DNA from: Candidatus Latescibacterota bacterium
GTDB taxonomy: Bacteria; Latescibacterota; UBA2968; UBA8231
DNA length: 64,000 bases
Direction of reading: 5' to 3'
NCBI GenBank assembly: GCA_965248265.1
Contig: CBDFJF010000002.1
Location: forward strand, 2,688,001-2,752,000
Below, in pieces: positions 9,390 through 19,873 of the stretch. The position numbers were made by a program, and so were the translations under genes. Under the pieces are notes generated by a model, which did no database searches, was not told where the DNA came from, and was given only the letters and a program-made list of their open reading frames with translations. Position 1 is the stretch's first letter; each line of letters starts with the position of its first letter.

Positions 9390-10514
9390 ATGACCATATA
9401 TCACGAAGAGGGCATGTACGCCCTGAGCCCGAACGTGGTGCGCACGCCCTCCGGCGATCTGCTGGTGTTCTTCCAGCGGTCCCCGCATCTGGGCCATCCC
9501 CACCACGGCCATCCGCTGTCCAATGTGCAGGCCTGCCGCTCGCAGGACGAGGGGCAGACGTGGAGCAGACCGACGCTGATCACGGCGGATCCGCTGGGGG
9601 GGATCATGGACCGCGGCGTCTACACCCTCTCCGACGGCAGTATCTTCATGCATTGCTCGGGTACGGAGCTGGTGCCGGCCGAGGGGTCCGAGGCCCACGG
9701 ATCCGGGTGGGTCTCGCGCCCCGGCAAACCCTTCTGGGTGCGCTCCCGGGACGACGGCCACACCTGGAGTGAACCGGTGCGCTTCCCGCCCGTTCCGGAC
9801 GCCAACTACGGTCCCCTTGCCGAGCATTCGGGAGTCAGCCGCAGCGGCCTGATCGAGCTTCCCGACGGACGCCTGCTCATGCCCAGCAAGGCGACCGATC
9901 GCCCCGAGAGTGAACACAAATACTTCGGCATGCTGCGGGTGTCCAGCGACATGGGCGAGACGTGGGAGTACGGAGGACGGATCGCCGAAGACCCCGTCGT
10001 CCACTTCAGCGAGCCGGCCATCCACCGCACCCCCAGCGGCCGCATCCTGGTGATCTTTCGCTGTCACGCCAACATGGCGCGGGACGGGGACGAGTCTCTG
10101 CCGCTGCGTGACCGCCAGTACAACAGCCGTTTCCAGGCCCTGGTCACCTCCGACGACGACGGCGACACGTGGACGCCGTGGAAGCGCTCGGTGCACGGCT
10201 ACCCGGCCCACATGCTGGGGCTGCGGGACGGGCGCATCTTCCTCACCGTCGGCACCCGCTGGGACGGCCAGGCCGGCTGTCTCGCCCGCGTCCTGGATCC
10301 GGAAGGCACGGAGCTGGAGACCACGCCAATCCAGACCATGGCTCCCGACCTGGAAAACGGCCCCGACGTGATCGTGCAGAGCGATTCGTCCACCCAGGAC
10401 TGCGGCTACCCCTGGTCGGTGGAGCTGAACGACGGCCGCGTCCTGGTCGCCTACTGGCACCACTACCCGGACAATCACCGCGGCATCGAGGGCGCCATAC
10501 TGGCCGAGAAATGA
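9390..10514 (+). CDS. sialidase-like/BNR-repeat protein (start abuts the IS junction, may be clipped)
   Basis: Asp-boxes SQDEGQTW, SRDDGHTW, SSDMGETW, SDDDGDTW; DCGYP. Confidence 0.85.
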   Translation: MTIYHEEGMYALSPNVVRTPSGDLLVFFQRSPHLGHPHHGHPLSNVQACRSQDEGQTWSRPTLITADPLGGIMDRGVYTLSDGSIFMHCSGTELVPAEGSEAHGSGWVSRPGKPFWVRSRDDGHTWSEPVRFPPVPDANYGPLAEHSGVSRSGLIELPDGRLLMPSKATDRPESEHKYFGMLRVSSDMGETWEYGGRIAEDPVVHFSEPAIHRTPSGRILVIFRCHANMARDGDESLPLRDRQYNSRFQALVTSDDDGDTWTPWKRSVHGYPAHMLGLRDGRIFLTVGTRWDGQAGCLARVLDPEGTELETTPIQTMAPDLENGPDVIVQSDSSTQDCGYPWSVELNDGRVLVAYWHHYPDNHRGIEGAILAEK

Positions 10515-10542
10515 GCCCATTCAACCGGAAGGATTCATTCCT

Positions 10543-11970
10543 ATGAAAGTCCTCAGCACCCGGCGCATAACGAATGACCGCCACCACAATGCGTTCACCG
10601 GAGCGTGCTGGTTCAAGGGTGATTTGTACGTCGCCTATCGCCAGGGTGACTTTCACCATGAGCACGATTCCGGTCGCACCATCGTCCAGCGCAGCCGCGA
10701 CGGGGGGGTAACCTGGGATACGGTAACAGTGCTGCGCGGCCACTTCGACACCCGCGACGCCCACCTCTACACCGACGGAGATCGGTTGTTCTGCACCTGC
10801 TACGTGGATCCCGTCGACGACCTCCCGGTGGTATCGGGCTGTGGTGTTACCGAGGACGGCGATCGCTGGACGCCCTTCGAGCCCTATTCCGGGACCGACA
10901 ATTTCGCGCTGTGGCGTCCCGTCTGGCATCGGGGGAAACACTACTGTGCCGGAGGCTGTTACGACACACCAGATCGCGGCGTTCACTGGTTCGAGAGTGA
11001 AGATGGACACAGCTGGGTGTATGTGCGCCACATCAACGACTCGCCGGAGGATAAGGCAAACGAGTGTTACCTGGAGATATTACCCAGCGGTGCGGCGACG
11101 ATGCTCATGCGGTGCGAGACTGGCCTGAAGAAACCCAAGTTGTGCTTCAGCCAGTACCCGTTCGAGAGCTGGGAAATGCAGCAACTGGACGTCCGCATAA
11201 CCGGGCCCGCCGTCTGGACCGTCGACGACAAGGTCTACATCTCCGGGCGCTGGGACCCGATCGACGAACGCATCCACGCGGAGGAAGACCACGCCGCCCA
11301 CACCGCCATCTTCCGGGTCATCGACGGTGAATGTTTCCTGATCTGCGTGCTCCCCTCCGGACCACACCCGGACAACTCCTACATGGGCGTCGCCCGCCGC
11401 CAGGACAACAGCCATCGGTTCTCGCTCAGCTATTACAGCAACGCCCTCGCCAATGAGGATCCGCTGATAGACCAGTGGCAGAAGCCGGATATCTACGTGG
11501 TCGACGTGCTCTTCGGCGCCGATTTCATCGATGAGATGCTGGTCAGCGATCTGGTGGACGCCCGGCGCGGTCTCGAGGAGGCGACGGAGCCCGATCCCGG
11601 GTCTGATGGGTTGAGATATCGTCCCGTGCGCATACCCGAGGACGGTACGCCTCACACACCCGGTCACAACTTCCTCGACGCCCGCGACGTCATCGGCGGC
11701 CGCGGCGGACTCGTTTACTTCGTCAAGGATATCGAGGTGGGACCGTGGGATCTGGTCGACGTTCACCTCGGCTACGACGGACCGGTGAAGGTGTGGTGGA
11801 ACGGGCAGGAGGTTTTCACTGGCCCCGGAACCGGTCCGGCGGTGCCGGACGCGACCTCACTGCGCCTCGAATCCAGGCACGGTACAAACCGGCTGGCATT
11901 GGCCCTCGATACCAAAGGCGGCCGGGCGCGGGGGATCTACGCGCGCTGGGAGCGCACATGGGAGTCGTAG
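10543..11970 (+). CDS. BNR/beta-propeller protein with a C-terminal beta-sandwich domain
   Basis: HNAFT, SRDGGVTW, SEDGHSW, DNSY; 475-aa ORF downstream of the sialidase. Confidence 0.7.
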   Translation: MKVLSTRRITNDRHHNAFTGACWFKGDLYVAYRQGDFHHEHDSGRTIVQRSRDGGVTWDTVTVLRGHFDTRDAHLYTDGDRLFCTCYVDPVDDLPVVSGCGVTEDGDRWTPFEPYSGTDNFALWRPVWHRGKHYCAGGCYDTPDRGVHWFESEDGHSWVYVRHINDSPEDKANECYLEILPSGAATMLMRCETGLKKPKLCFSQYPFESWEMQQLDVRITGPAVWTVDDKVYISGRWDPIDERIHAEEDHAAHTAIFRVIDGECFLICVLPSGPHPDNSYMGVARRQDNSHRFSLSYYSNALANEDPLIDQWQKPDIYVVDVLFGADFIDEMLVSDLVDARRGLEEATEPDPGSDGLRYRPVRIPEDGTPHTPGHNFLDARDVIGGRGGLVYFVKDIEVGPWDLVDVHLGYDGPVKVWWNGQEVFTGPGTGPAVPDATSLRLESRHGTNRLALALDTKGGRARGIYARWERTWES

Positions 11971-12479
11971 TTGTATCCACCGTAAGCCCACAGAGAGAGC
12001 GGGTGACTGGAGCCTCCCGGCGGGTGGTCTATCGCCTGGACCTGCAGGCCAGGACCGCGCCTGGCCTGCTACCGCTAACCGTTTCCGCTGCCTACCGGGA
12101 TGCGGAAGGCAACGAACGCAGCACGGCTTCCTGCCAGGTCTCTCTTTCGATAGACCAGCACTCGAAGACACCGCTGGACGTCAAATATGGCACCATCGTC
12201 GCGGAAGCTTGGCTGGCGATGGTCGCGCGTCGAGCGATGGGGCTGAACCACATGGAAGATTATCGCGAAGCGGGGTCCTGGCTGCGGCAGCAGAGCACGG
12301 ACTTTAATCGCTACTGGCCGCACCTACCCGACAGCGGGGCGTTGGTCAACCAGATGCGGGCGCTGTGCCGCTCATCGGTGCAGCCGATGCAGGAAAGCTC
12401 GCGCAAGGAGATTACGCTTTCGCGGTATCAGCACCTGAAGGGCGTGTCGGATCAGAGGGTGGCTGCGTCGGAAGCGTAG
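11971..12479 (+). pseudogene. C-terminal gene fragment, possibly from a VWA-domain protein
   Basis: Protein-like frame without its own start; family is a guess. Confidence 0.3.
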
Positions 12480-12519
12480 GATTCGTATCTGGTTTCGGAG
12501 TAGACCAGCAAAGATGAGC

Positions 12520-12925
12520 TGACGGTCAGCACCTGGCAGACGTGCTCGACCGCCTGACGTCGACGCGTCGGCCGCAGAAGTTTCCCCGGGCGGTTTCTTT
12601 CAGGATCGAGAGGTCCAGAGCCTGGTCGGCAACCAGCCTCTTCAACCGTTGGTTTTCCAGATCGAGCTCTTTCAGGCGCCGGGCTTGATCCACTTCCATG
12701 CCGCCGTATTCCTTACGCCAGCGATAATAGGTCTGTTCGCTGACACCGAGATGACGGGCCGCCTCGATGATCGTCTTGCCCTCAGAAATCAGAAATCAGA
12801 ATCTCCGCCCGTCGGAGAGGGCCGAAAATCTGTTCAGCGGTGTACCGTTTCCCGGCCATAGGGCTCCCCTTTCTACGTCCCATATCCTAACTGTAAGACT
12901 GGGAACATTATAGGGGGGCAGGTCA
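12520..12925 (-). mobile_element. IS3-family (IS407-like) left-end remnant with frameshifted orfA
   Basis: Terminal TGACCTGCCCCC. orfA MAGKRYTAEQI..VSEQTYYRWRKEYGG..LENQRLKRLVAD..GNF from 12859, broken by an extra ATTTCTG. GGGAAAC frameshift window; orfB cut. Confidence 0.85.
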
Positions 12926-13202
12926 GTGACGAGGTGACTGTAGTCAAACACAGGCTGCGGCTCGGGGCGGGCCGGCACGATCGGCGGCGCCCGCCGGCTC
13001 AGGCCCATCCCCCACGACCGCCTATGAGGTCGCGACGGGCCCTCACCTCCGTGGGCGTGGCCGGCACAGTCCGCTGCCTCTGCCGCCGGCCCCGGTACGA
13101 TCCGAGACCGGTCAGCCGCATGCGGTGCCAGCACGCCGTGGTACCGCACCAGGTGCGGAGTAAGCCGCGCGGCGCCAACGCCGCCAGCTTCTCGATCAGC
13201 TC
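12926..13202 (-). pseudogene. divergent IS91-like C-terminal fragment (copy E) with internal deletion
   Basis: ELIEKLAAL..VRYHGVLAPHAA..GMGLSRRAPPIVPARP; abuts the IS3 end. Confidence 0.8.
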
Positions 13203-13363
13203 TTAGAAGGTGATGCTGATGAATTGTATGACCTTCAAAATGACCCGCACGAAATCCACAATCTCGCCAGCGATCCAGAATACAAAGACATTGTCTACGA
13301 ACATCATCTGCTCAACTGGCTCGTTGAAACAGAAGACGCGATAACCCGTTAACAGGATTTGCC

Positions 13364-14227
13364 ATGACCGACCTCAACCAACTCCGACACCAAATGGACA
13401 CTGAAGGCTGGTTTATTGCTCGTCAGGTTCTTTCGCCTGAAAATATCGCAACGGTAAAAGATCGCTTGCGTTACATCATTCAGCACCGAGACTTTTTCGA
13501 AAAATATGGAATCCTCTGCCAAGAAAATGAGGCATACAAAAAAGACGATGCCAATAGAACAGACGACTCCCTTCTGCAATTTAACAACGTCGTGAGTGCC
13601 CATATGCGCGACGAGGTTGTTTTAAAGAACACGCTTCATACAGAAAACATGATGGCAATCGTCGCATCTCAAATTGGCCCCGACTACTGCACCAATGGGG
13701 CTTCATTTTTCCTCAAGCCACCGCACTATGGAACAGAAGTCGCATGGCATCAAGATAGTCGCACCTGGGTAAAACAGCCACGCCCCTGGCCTCCTGAAGA
13801 AACGCCGAGATTGTTTGATACCTGGATCGCTTTTGATCACGCTACGAAAGAAAATGGATGTCTGCAATTGTTACCCGGCTCCGAAGAACACGGCATATTA
13901 CCCAACCGAAAACGAGGAGACACGGACTTCGGACATGGTTTTGGAGACGATCCTGCCAGCATGGGACTTTCCGAATCCAATACTGTTCATTGCGTCATGG
14001 AACCCGGCGATGTCGCCGTCTGGCATCAGGATATGTCGCATTATTCTGAACCCAATCGCTCCGACAAACCGCGCCTGGGTCTTTCTCTCTCCCTTGTCGC
14101 AGCCGCAGACATCCCGAGGGTGCGTCCTCACCTTGTTCAAAACCGTTATGTATTTCACGGATACCCAATTTGCATAGGCGGAAAACCAGCTACAATAGGA
14201 AATGCTGCACCTGAATTTGCCAATTAA
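13364..14227 (+). CDS. phytanoyl-CoA dioxygenase (PhyH) family protein
   Basis: WHQD, WIAFD, ENGCL..LPGS, H.SEPNRSDKPR. Confidence 0.9.
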   Translation: MTDLNQLRHQMDTEGWFIARQVLSPENIATVKDRLRYIIQHRDFFEKYGILCQENEAYKKDDANRTDDSLLQFNNVVSAHMRDEVVLKNTLHTENMMAIVASQIGPDYCTNGASFFLKPPHYGTEVAWHQDSRTWVKQPRPWPPEETPRLFDTWIAFDHATKENGCLQLLPGSEEHGILPNRKRGDTDFGHGFGDDPASMGLSESNTVHCVMEPGDVAVWHQDMSHYSEPNRSDKPRLGLSLSLVAAADIPRVRPHLVQNRYVFHGYPICIGGKPATIGNAAPEFAN

Positions 14228-14245
14228 GATTTGGAGGAAGTTTGC

Positions 14246-14474
14246 ATGACACCTGAAGTCGCTTTATGAAAAACGCCACGACATGATCCGGGACGGCTAT
14301 TGCGTTATCGAAGATAGCGTGAGTGAAGATTTTCTCATCGAAATGTGCAAGAAATCGAGCGCTTAATCGCTAACCATGAAGAACCACCCGATCTCGTGTA
14401 ACAGGGCCAGCACATCAATGTGGAACGCGAAGACAACGCCGTCATCGACAAACTCCTCTCCTGGGAGCCATCTT
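14246..14474 (+). pseudogene. degraded N-terminus of a second PhyH-like gene
   Basis: RBS plus ATG; DGYCVIE motif in a shifted frame; ends at the oriIS F terminus. Confidence 0.5.
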
Positions 14475-14812
14475 GCGTATAATTAGAAAGAGAGAGGGTT
14501 ATCGCTACTTCGGTCCAGCGCGTTGGGCGGGGAAGGAGGAACTCAGGCCGCGGCGCCGAGGTCGTGTGGGCTGGTCAGGGATAGAGATGTGAGAACGGGG
14601 GAACGGGAACGGTTAACTTCAGGCGATGTTGGCCGGCCCTGGTGCACCGGTGCCGAGGTGGATCAGGTGACGCAGGAGAAAACGGCCTGCGGAGCGGGGC
14701 GGGGCCGCGCGATGGGGGGCGCTCGCCCGCTCAGGCCCATCCCGGCAAAGCAGCGGCGGATCGACCCGGCCGCGATCACCCGCATGCGGCCATCGCAGTC
14801 GGGACAGATTGC
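14475..14812 (-). mobile_element. divergent IS91-like 3' fragment with terminus (copy F)
   Basis: CPDCDGRMRVIAA..GMGLSGRAPPIARPRP..*, ending CGATAACC..TTTCTAATTATACGC. Confidence 0.75.
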
Positions 14813-15091
14813 TCAGAGCACGTGCTTGCCCGCCCTGGCAGCAGGGATCCCGCAAGGGGCGTGCTCTCCGCTGTCCGTGCACACAGAGACGGCGTCGATA
14901 TCGTCCCTGGAAAATAGGCCGTCGTAATCATCGGTCGGGTCTCCGCCAAACGCGTCGATAATGCCTCTCGCGCGATCGAGATCCCTCGAGCTGACGGCAA
15001 CGAGCTCCGCATCCTCCGTGTCCGAAATGACGTGGGCGTGGAGCTGACTGATCATGCCGGCACCGGCGATGGCGAAACGGACGCTGCTCAC
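14813..15091 (-). pseudogene. Gfo/Idh/MocA oxidoreductase, N-terminal fragment
   Basis: AIAGAGMIS Rossmann motif; cut at AGKHVL before the EKP motif. Confidence 0.85.
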
Positions 15092-15109
15092 AGTGCAGTT
15101 CCTCGCTGG

Positions 15110-15911
15110 TTAGAGTCGATCGATGTAGACATAGTATGCGCCGACGTCGTTTCCATGCGCATCGACGAACCACGTTTGCAGCCGCGTCTCCCCGGCATTG
15201 AGCTTCACCGTGAACGAGATTCCGAAGTCGTCCGCGTTAACGTCGGCTTCTTTCTCGATGTCGGCCACACGGAGACGCGCCTTCCTGATCGGCAGCGCCT
15301 TCCCGCCGCCGTATCCGTCCTTGATCTCGACGTAGGAGCGGAGGTCTCCCTCTATGCCCTCCACGATCGGGCGATCTTCCTCCTTCGGCCATCGCCTGAG
15401 CTCGACACGATATCGGCTGGAGACAGCGACGTCGATTTCCCAGTAGCCGTTGCACGCCATTCCCGCCCGAACCTGCGACTGGTTCCAGGCACAGACCGCA
15501 TCCGGATTGCGCCAGTCGTGAGCGTTCAGCTGGACCGCAGGCACTTCGGTCGATCCAACGGGAATCGGGATCGTACCGCTGAACTGGCGGGACACCTTTG
15601 CCCACCACGCCTCGTAATCCTTCCGCAGGCGGGTGACGACATCCGGATAGTCCGCCGCGACATCCGTGGTCTGTCCAGGGTCCGTCCGGACGTCGAAGAG
15701 TTCTTTCCCGTTGATCAGGCGCCAGCGCTGCGTCATCGTCGCGCTCTTGCGCCACTTGATCGGGTCTGTGATCCGCTGCGAGTCGGTCACGAGCGTGCGA
15801 TCGGGCCAATCGACATCCTCTCCCCGAATTAGCGGGGCCACGCTCGTGCCGTCGAAGTCGTCGTCGTCGTGTTCGATCCCGCACAGATCCATCAGCGTCG
15901 GCATCATATCG
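15110..15911 (-). pseudogene. arylsulfatase, C-terminal fragment
   Basis: DMMPTL..DG.S, ELFD..DPGQ..DVA..P; begins right at the oriIS G terminus. Confidence 0.85.
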
Positions 15912-15969
15912 ACGCTTAGACAAGCGGTAACATGTCAACACCGATCGTGGGCAAATATCGAGTCTCCGT

Positions 15970-17160
15970 TCAGTTGAGGATAGGTGTGTAGGGACGATTG
16001 TTCTTGAGGACGCTGAAGACGACGTGGAGCATCTTGTTGGCGACATGAGTGAGCGCGACGAGATGGTGCTTGCCGCGATCAATGTGTCGCTGATAGACCT
16101 GGGTGAAGAGGGGGTCATGGCTCTTGAAGACGGCGATCTCTGAGGCTTGCATGACGGCGGTGCGCAGGTAGCGACTGCCGCGCTTGGACATTCTGCCGCG
16201 ACCGACCAGATCGCCGCTGTCGAACTGCTTGACGTCGAGGCCAGCGGTGGCGACGAATTTGCGAGCACCATGCTGATCCTCGGGATGAAACACGGGCAGG
16301 ATCTCGGCCAGGATGGTGGGTGCCCACACGGGCCCCAGACCTGGGACGGAGCGCAGAAGGCACTGCTGCTCGGTCACGAGATCTTGCAGTTGTTCGTCGA
16401 GTTGAGCGATCTGTTCGATGAGGAGGTTGACGCGCTCCATGACGAAGCGAATCTCCAGGGACAAGTGCTGACTGCGATGAGTGAGGGCGAAGGAGTTTTT
16501 AGCGGAGGCCTTCAAGGCTTGTGCCTGGTCTCGTCCGAAGGCTCCCCGACTGGCGTCCTTCAACAGACGCGTCAGGCGGCGGATGTCGACGCGGGCCAGG
16601 TCCTCAGCGGTGGGAAACTGTGCCAGCACGGCTCGACTGGAGGCACCGAAGAGATCGGAGAAGTGCTGCCCGTATTCGGGAAAAGCCAAGTCGAGGAGGC
16701 TGACGAGATGACCCTTTTGGGACTTGACGGTCTGTGCGCACTGATAGCGCAATCGCGTCAGATCGCGCAAGGACTGGACCTGTCGATCCGGGATAGCGCA
16801 GACCTTCAGATCGGTCTCCCGCAGCAGATGGGCGATCAGCAGGGCATCGGCGCTGTCGGTCTTGGTGCCACGGATGGTGATGTTGCGCCGCGCTGCCACG
16901 ACCAGGGGATTGATGAGGTCAACGACATACCCTGCCTGGACCAGGGCTTCGTAGAGGACCATCCAGTAGTGGCCGGTGGCCTCCATGCCGACGCGGATGT
17001 CGGCGGCGGGTTGTCCGGTCTCGGCCAGGCGTTGACACAACTGCTCGATGCCCTGGCGAGTCTGCTCCACGGCGAGATTACGGAAAACAGCCTGAGATTC
17101 CTCATCCAACAGCGTGGCGCGATGACTGCGTTTGGCCACATCAATTCCAAGTGTCCACAT
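15970..17160 (-). CDS. IS110-family recombinase/transposase (396 aa)
   Basis: GIDVAK, MEATGHYW, KTDSAD, FDSG, MSKRGSRYLR. Confidence 0.96.
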   Translation of the reverse strand: MWTLGIDVAKRSHRATLLDEESQAVFRNLAVEQTRQGIEQLCQRLAETGQPAADIRVGMEATGHYWMVLYEALVQAGYVVDLINPLVVAARRNITIRGTKTDSADALLIAHLLRETDLKVCAIPDRQVQSLRDLTRLRYQCAQTVKSQKGHLVSLLDLAFPEYGQHFSDLFGASSRAVLAQFPTAEDLARVDIRRLTRLLKDASRGAFGRDQAQALKASAKNSFALTHRSQHLSLEIRFVMERVNLLIEQIAQLDEQLQDLVTEQQCLLRSVPGLGPVWAPTILAEILPVFHPEDQHGARKFVATAGLDVKQFDSGDLVGRGRMSKRGSRYLRTAVMQASEIAVFKSHDPLFTQVYQRHIDRGKHHLVALTHVANKMLHVVFSVLKNNRPYTPILN

Positions 17161-17218
17161 TCGGCGAGCTCCTTGATCAAGTGACCGAAGCTGCCCACGA
17201 TCGGGGTGACGCCAGCTG

Positions 17219-17340
17219 GCACATCCTCGTAGCCAGATCAGGGAACGAAGGTCCCGTCAAGCGGTAAGTGCATGTGCTGGCGCAATGGCGGTCTAAGCCA
17301 GAGGACTGAGCCTCGAGTGGAGGATAGCCAACCCAGCAGC
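17219..17340 (-). ncRNA. predicted bridge RNA of IS110 type 2 (core loops; 5' end not defined)
   Basis: Target guides AGTGGAGGATA (17316-26) and CTAAGC (17293-98); donor guides CAAGCGGTAA (17258-67) and CTCGTA (17226-31); each pair flanks a small hairpin. Confidence 0.8.
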
Positions 17341-17453
17341 TTCGCTGATCCAGGATCGCATTGCTGGCATCAGGAAGCAAGCACTGAGAGTACGCAGCTG
17401 GTCGCCGTCTCGCGGGGCAGACACACCGAAGTGGCCTGCACCTATTATACGAG

Positions 17454-17749
17454 TGGTTATAAAGTAGGTTATCGTTAGTCGATCAGGTGTTATTTTCGCT
17501 TTTTTTCGCGTTGATGGCGGTCTATGTGGGTTGACGGTCGTCGACTGAGCGCTTGAGGCTGCGAATAGGCCCGAAGGGGAGTGGCTGTGAACGAAGATGG
17601 GATTGCCAGCGAGGGATCAGGACACATCGGTGCCTTTGCTGTGACGACGAATCGATCTCAGGCGGCGAAATCTAGCTCGGACTGGGGATTGGGGCGTGCC
17701 GGGGCGATCGGCGGGGCCCGTGATGGCAGGCCGACCCCCTTCAGGTAGA
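17454..17749 (-). mobile_element. IS91-like 3' fragment (copy G); its last bases lie beyond the IS110 at 15912-15919
   Basis: YLKGVGLPSRAPPIAPARPNPQSELDFAA* plus 3' UTR identical to copy H. Confidence 0.9.
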
Positions 17750-17790
17750 CGCGAGCATCCCTCCGTACCCGCTTGCTATCAAACGATGGG

Positions 17791-19323
17791 TCAGCGTGCG
17801 TGTTTACCCGTGAGCCGTAAGAGTTTGCCGCCGCCGGGCATGAGTTCCACCTTGGCGCGGGCGCCGCCCGAGGCCGGGCGCCACTTCCGCTCGGTGGCGT
17901 CGAACACCGCCATTGAGCCCGGGCCGACTACGGTCGTGGTGACCCCTTGGGTGTAGTCGAGGTTCACCACCAGCACATGGGTGGGATCGCCGTCGGTACC
18001 GAAATAGCCCAAGAGCATGCCCGTCACCGGCGCCGGGGGGTTGAACTCAGCCGGCGGCACGGGCGGGTCAAGGGTGAAGCGGGCGTCGGCCGGCAGTCCC
18101 TGCGCCCCCAGGGGAACGGTGCCCAGATGATATGCACCCAGGGAAGTCAGCGGCTGCAGCTCGGTGCCGATGGCGATGAACTCGGGGTTGATCTGTCGCA
18201 GGGCCTCACCCAGCGGGGTCAGGGAATCATCCCAAAGAAGATAATTGGACACTCCCCCTCGAAAAGGACGGACACTGGCGTAGTACACAAACTGGGACAG
18301 GCCCTGGCCGCCATAGGCCAGCGTCGTGTAGGCCAGGAATCTCCCCTCGTCGCCGTTGGGCACGCGCCAGTCGTTGTAGCCCTCATCATCCACAGCGCAA
18401 GCCTGGACGACGTTGACGAAGGGCAGGCCGCTTTTCACCGCCGCTTCGCGGACCAGGGCCAGGTTGAGGAAGTACTGGACGTTGTCACCCTGGCGGAGCT
18501 GGCTGTCCTCAACGAACCGTTCGCTGCCAACTTCGCGCGCAAGCTCACCGAGGAAGTGGTAGTGGTCATAGCTGATCAAGTCGGGCTTGACGATCTCAAC
18601 GAACTGGCGGAGGTGCTCTCTGTAGGCATGGATGCTATAGCCCACGCCTGCAAGAGCATCAAGCGCTCGCTGTTCATCAGAAATCGGTGCATTCGGATCG
18701 ATGGGGATGCCCAGGTTATTAGCGCTGGCGTAAGTGGGGAATAGATTGACGAGGCACATGTGATCGGGGTCACGCTCGCGGATGTACGCCACCAGCCTGC
18801 CCAACTCCGGAAAAAAGGTGGCGCTGTAGGAGAGCTCATCATAGAGGTAGTAGCCGTACATCGCCGGATGGTTCTTCACCCGTTCGATCATCGCATCGAG
18901 TCGCGCCCTGCGCCGCGGGTCGTCCAAGATGAAGGGGGTGATCGTCTGGGCGCCGAAACCGAGGTATCCGGCAAAAAACAACGCCCGCAGCCCCTGCGCG
19001 TGCGCAGCGTCCAGCTCCTCCACGGTCTGGCACCAGACCAGGTTGAAGCCGCCGTCATCCAACTTCCCGGCGATGGCGGGCGTCACCGGCCCGAAATTGG
19101 CCCCCGGGCCCTGGTAGTAGGACGTGATGGGTGCGCCGATCTCCCACTTGCTGCCCGCCGGCCGGCCCCGTGCGGCACCTGAGGCGGACGCGTCCGATGT
19201 TGTGCATACTACCGCCCCCAGCAGTACGAGGCCGAAGATCCGGTACAACCAAATTCTGCCAACATCCGAAGGCTCAGGAAATGTCATTCTTCCGATCTCC
19301 TTTGTTTGTTCTTTGCAATCCAA
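17791..19323 (-). CDS. secreted hypothetical glycoside-hydrolase-like (TIM-barrel) protein
   Basis: Hydrophobic leader, HPAMYGYYLYDE, SYDHY, TLAYGGQG; start may be 19287. Confidence 0.65.
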   Translation of the reverse strand: MDCKEQTKEIGRMTFPEPSDVGRIWLYRIFGLVLLGAVVCTTSDASASGAARGRPAGSKWEIGAPITSYYQGPGANFGPVTPAIAGKLDDGGFNLVWCQTVEELDAAHAQGLRALFFAGYLGFGAQTITPFILDDPRRRARLDAMIERVKNHPAMYGYYLYDELSYSATFFPELGRLVAYIRERDPDHMCLVNLFPTYASANNLGIPIDPNAPISDEQRALDALAGVGYSIHAYREHLRQFVEIVKPDLISYDHYHFLGELAREVGSERFVEDSQLRQGDNVQYFLNLALVREAAVKSGLPFVNVVQACAVDDEGYNDWRVPNGDEGRFLAYTTLAYGGQGLSQFVYYASVRPFRGGVSNYLLWDDSLTPLGEALRQINPEFIAIGTELQPLTSLGAYHLGTVPLGAQGLPADARFTLDPPVPPAEFNPPAPVTGMLLGYFGTDGDPTHVLVVNLDYTQGVTTTVVGPGSMAVFDATERKWRPASGGARAKVELMPGGGKLLRLTGKHAR

Positions 19324-19345
19324 CGGATAGCACGATAAGGGACCA

Positions 19346-19575
19346 CGCTTAGTGGTTATAAAGTAGGTTATCGTTAGTCGATCAGGTGTTATTTTCGCTT
19401 TTTTTCGCGTTGATGGCGGTCTATGTGGGTTGACGGTCGTCGACTGAGCGCTTGAGGCTGCGAATAGGCCCGAAGGGGAGTGGCTGTGAACGAAGATGGG
19501 ATTGCCAGCGAGGGATCAGGACACATCGGTGCCTTTGCTGTGACGACGAATCGATCTCAGGCGGCGAAATCTAGC
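19346..19575 (-). mobile_element. oriIS-like mini-element (copy H, 230 bp)
   Basis: Matches 17454-17675; intact terminus TTTATAACCACTAAGCG. Confidence 0.88.
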
Positions 19576-19779
19576 GTCTCCGAATCAGCAGGGCACGTGG
19601 GCGACGACTTCTGGTCTATCGAGTACAAGGTGGAGTTCGGTCACCTGTCAAAGATTCCCACGCCTGAAAAAGGTGACCGCTGGGGAGTTTCCGCTCAGCG
19701 CGTGTATCGACAGGCGGAGTGGAGTGTGTGGACTGTCGCGGACGAGAATATGAACTATGGATGGTTCCTGTTTCAGTGA
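19576..19779 (+). pseudogene. C-terminal fragment of a CBM9-like sugar-binding protein
   Basis: WSIEYKV...GDRWG...YGWFLFQ*; tentative. Confidence 0.35.
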
Positions 19780-19873
19780 CAGAGTGACCACCCTGGCTCG
19801 CGAAATGCGAGGCCTGCCCGACGCCGCGGATCTGTTTGCCGTTCACGGCACTGCGCTGTAGCGCGAGTAGGTG

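Larger units (their letters stand above)
15920..17453 (-). mobile_element. IS110-family element type 2, copy 1 (1534 bp)
   Basis: CT core on both sides (ACCA-CT...CT-AAGCG); empty site near 19351; near-identical to 36259-37792. Confidence 0.95.

Noticed and set aside
9051-10520. 489-aa minus-strand ORF ending in the transposase tail
   Set aside because: Mostly antisense shadow of the sialidase; only the last ~112 codons are transposase-derived.
11965-11990. GTTGTATCCACCGTAAGC as another ori terminus at a gene/fragment junction
   Set aside because: Only loosely similar and lacks the upstream ACT/ATAA elements; not supportable.
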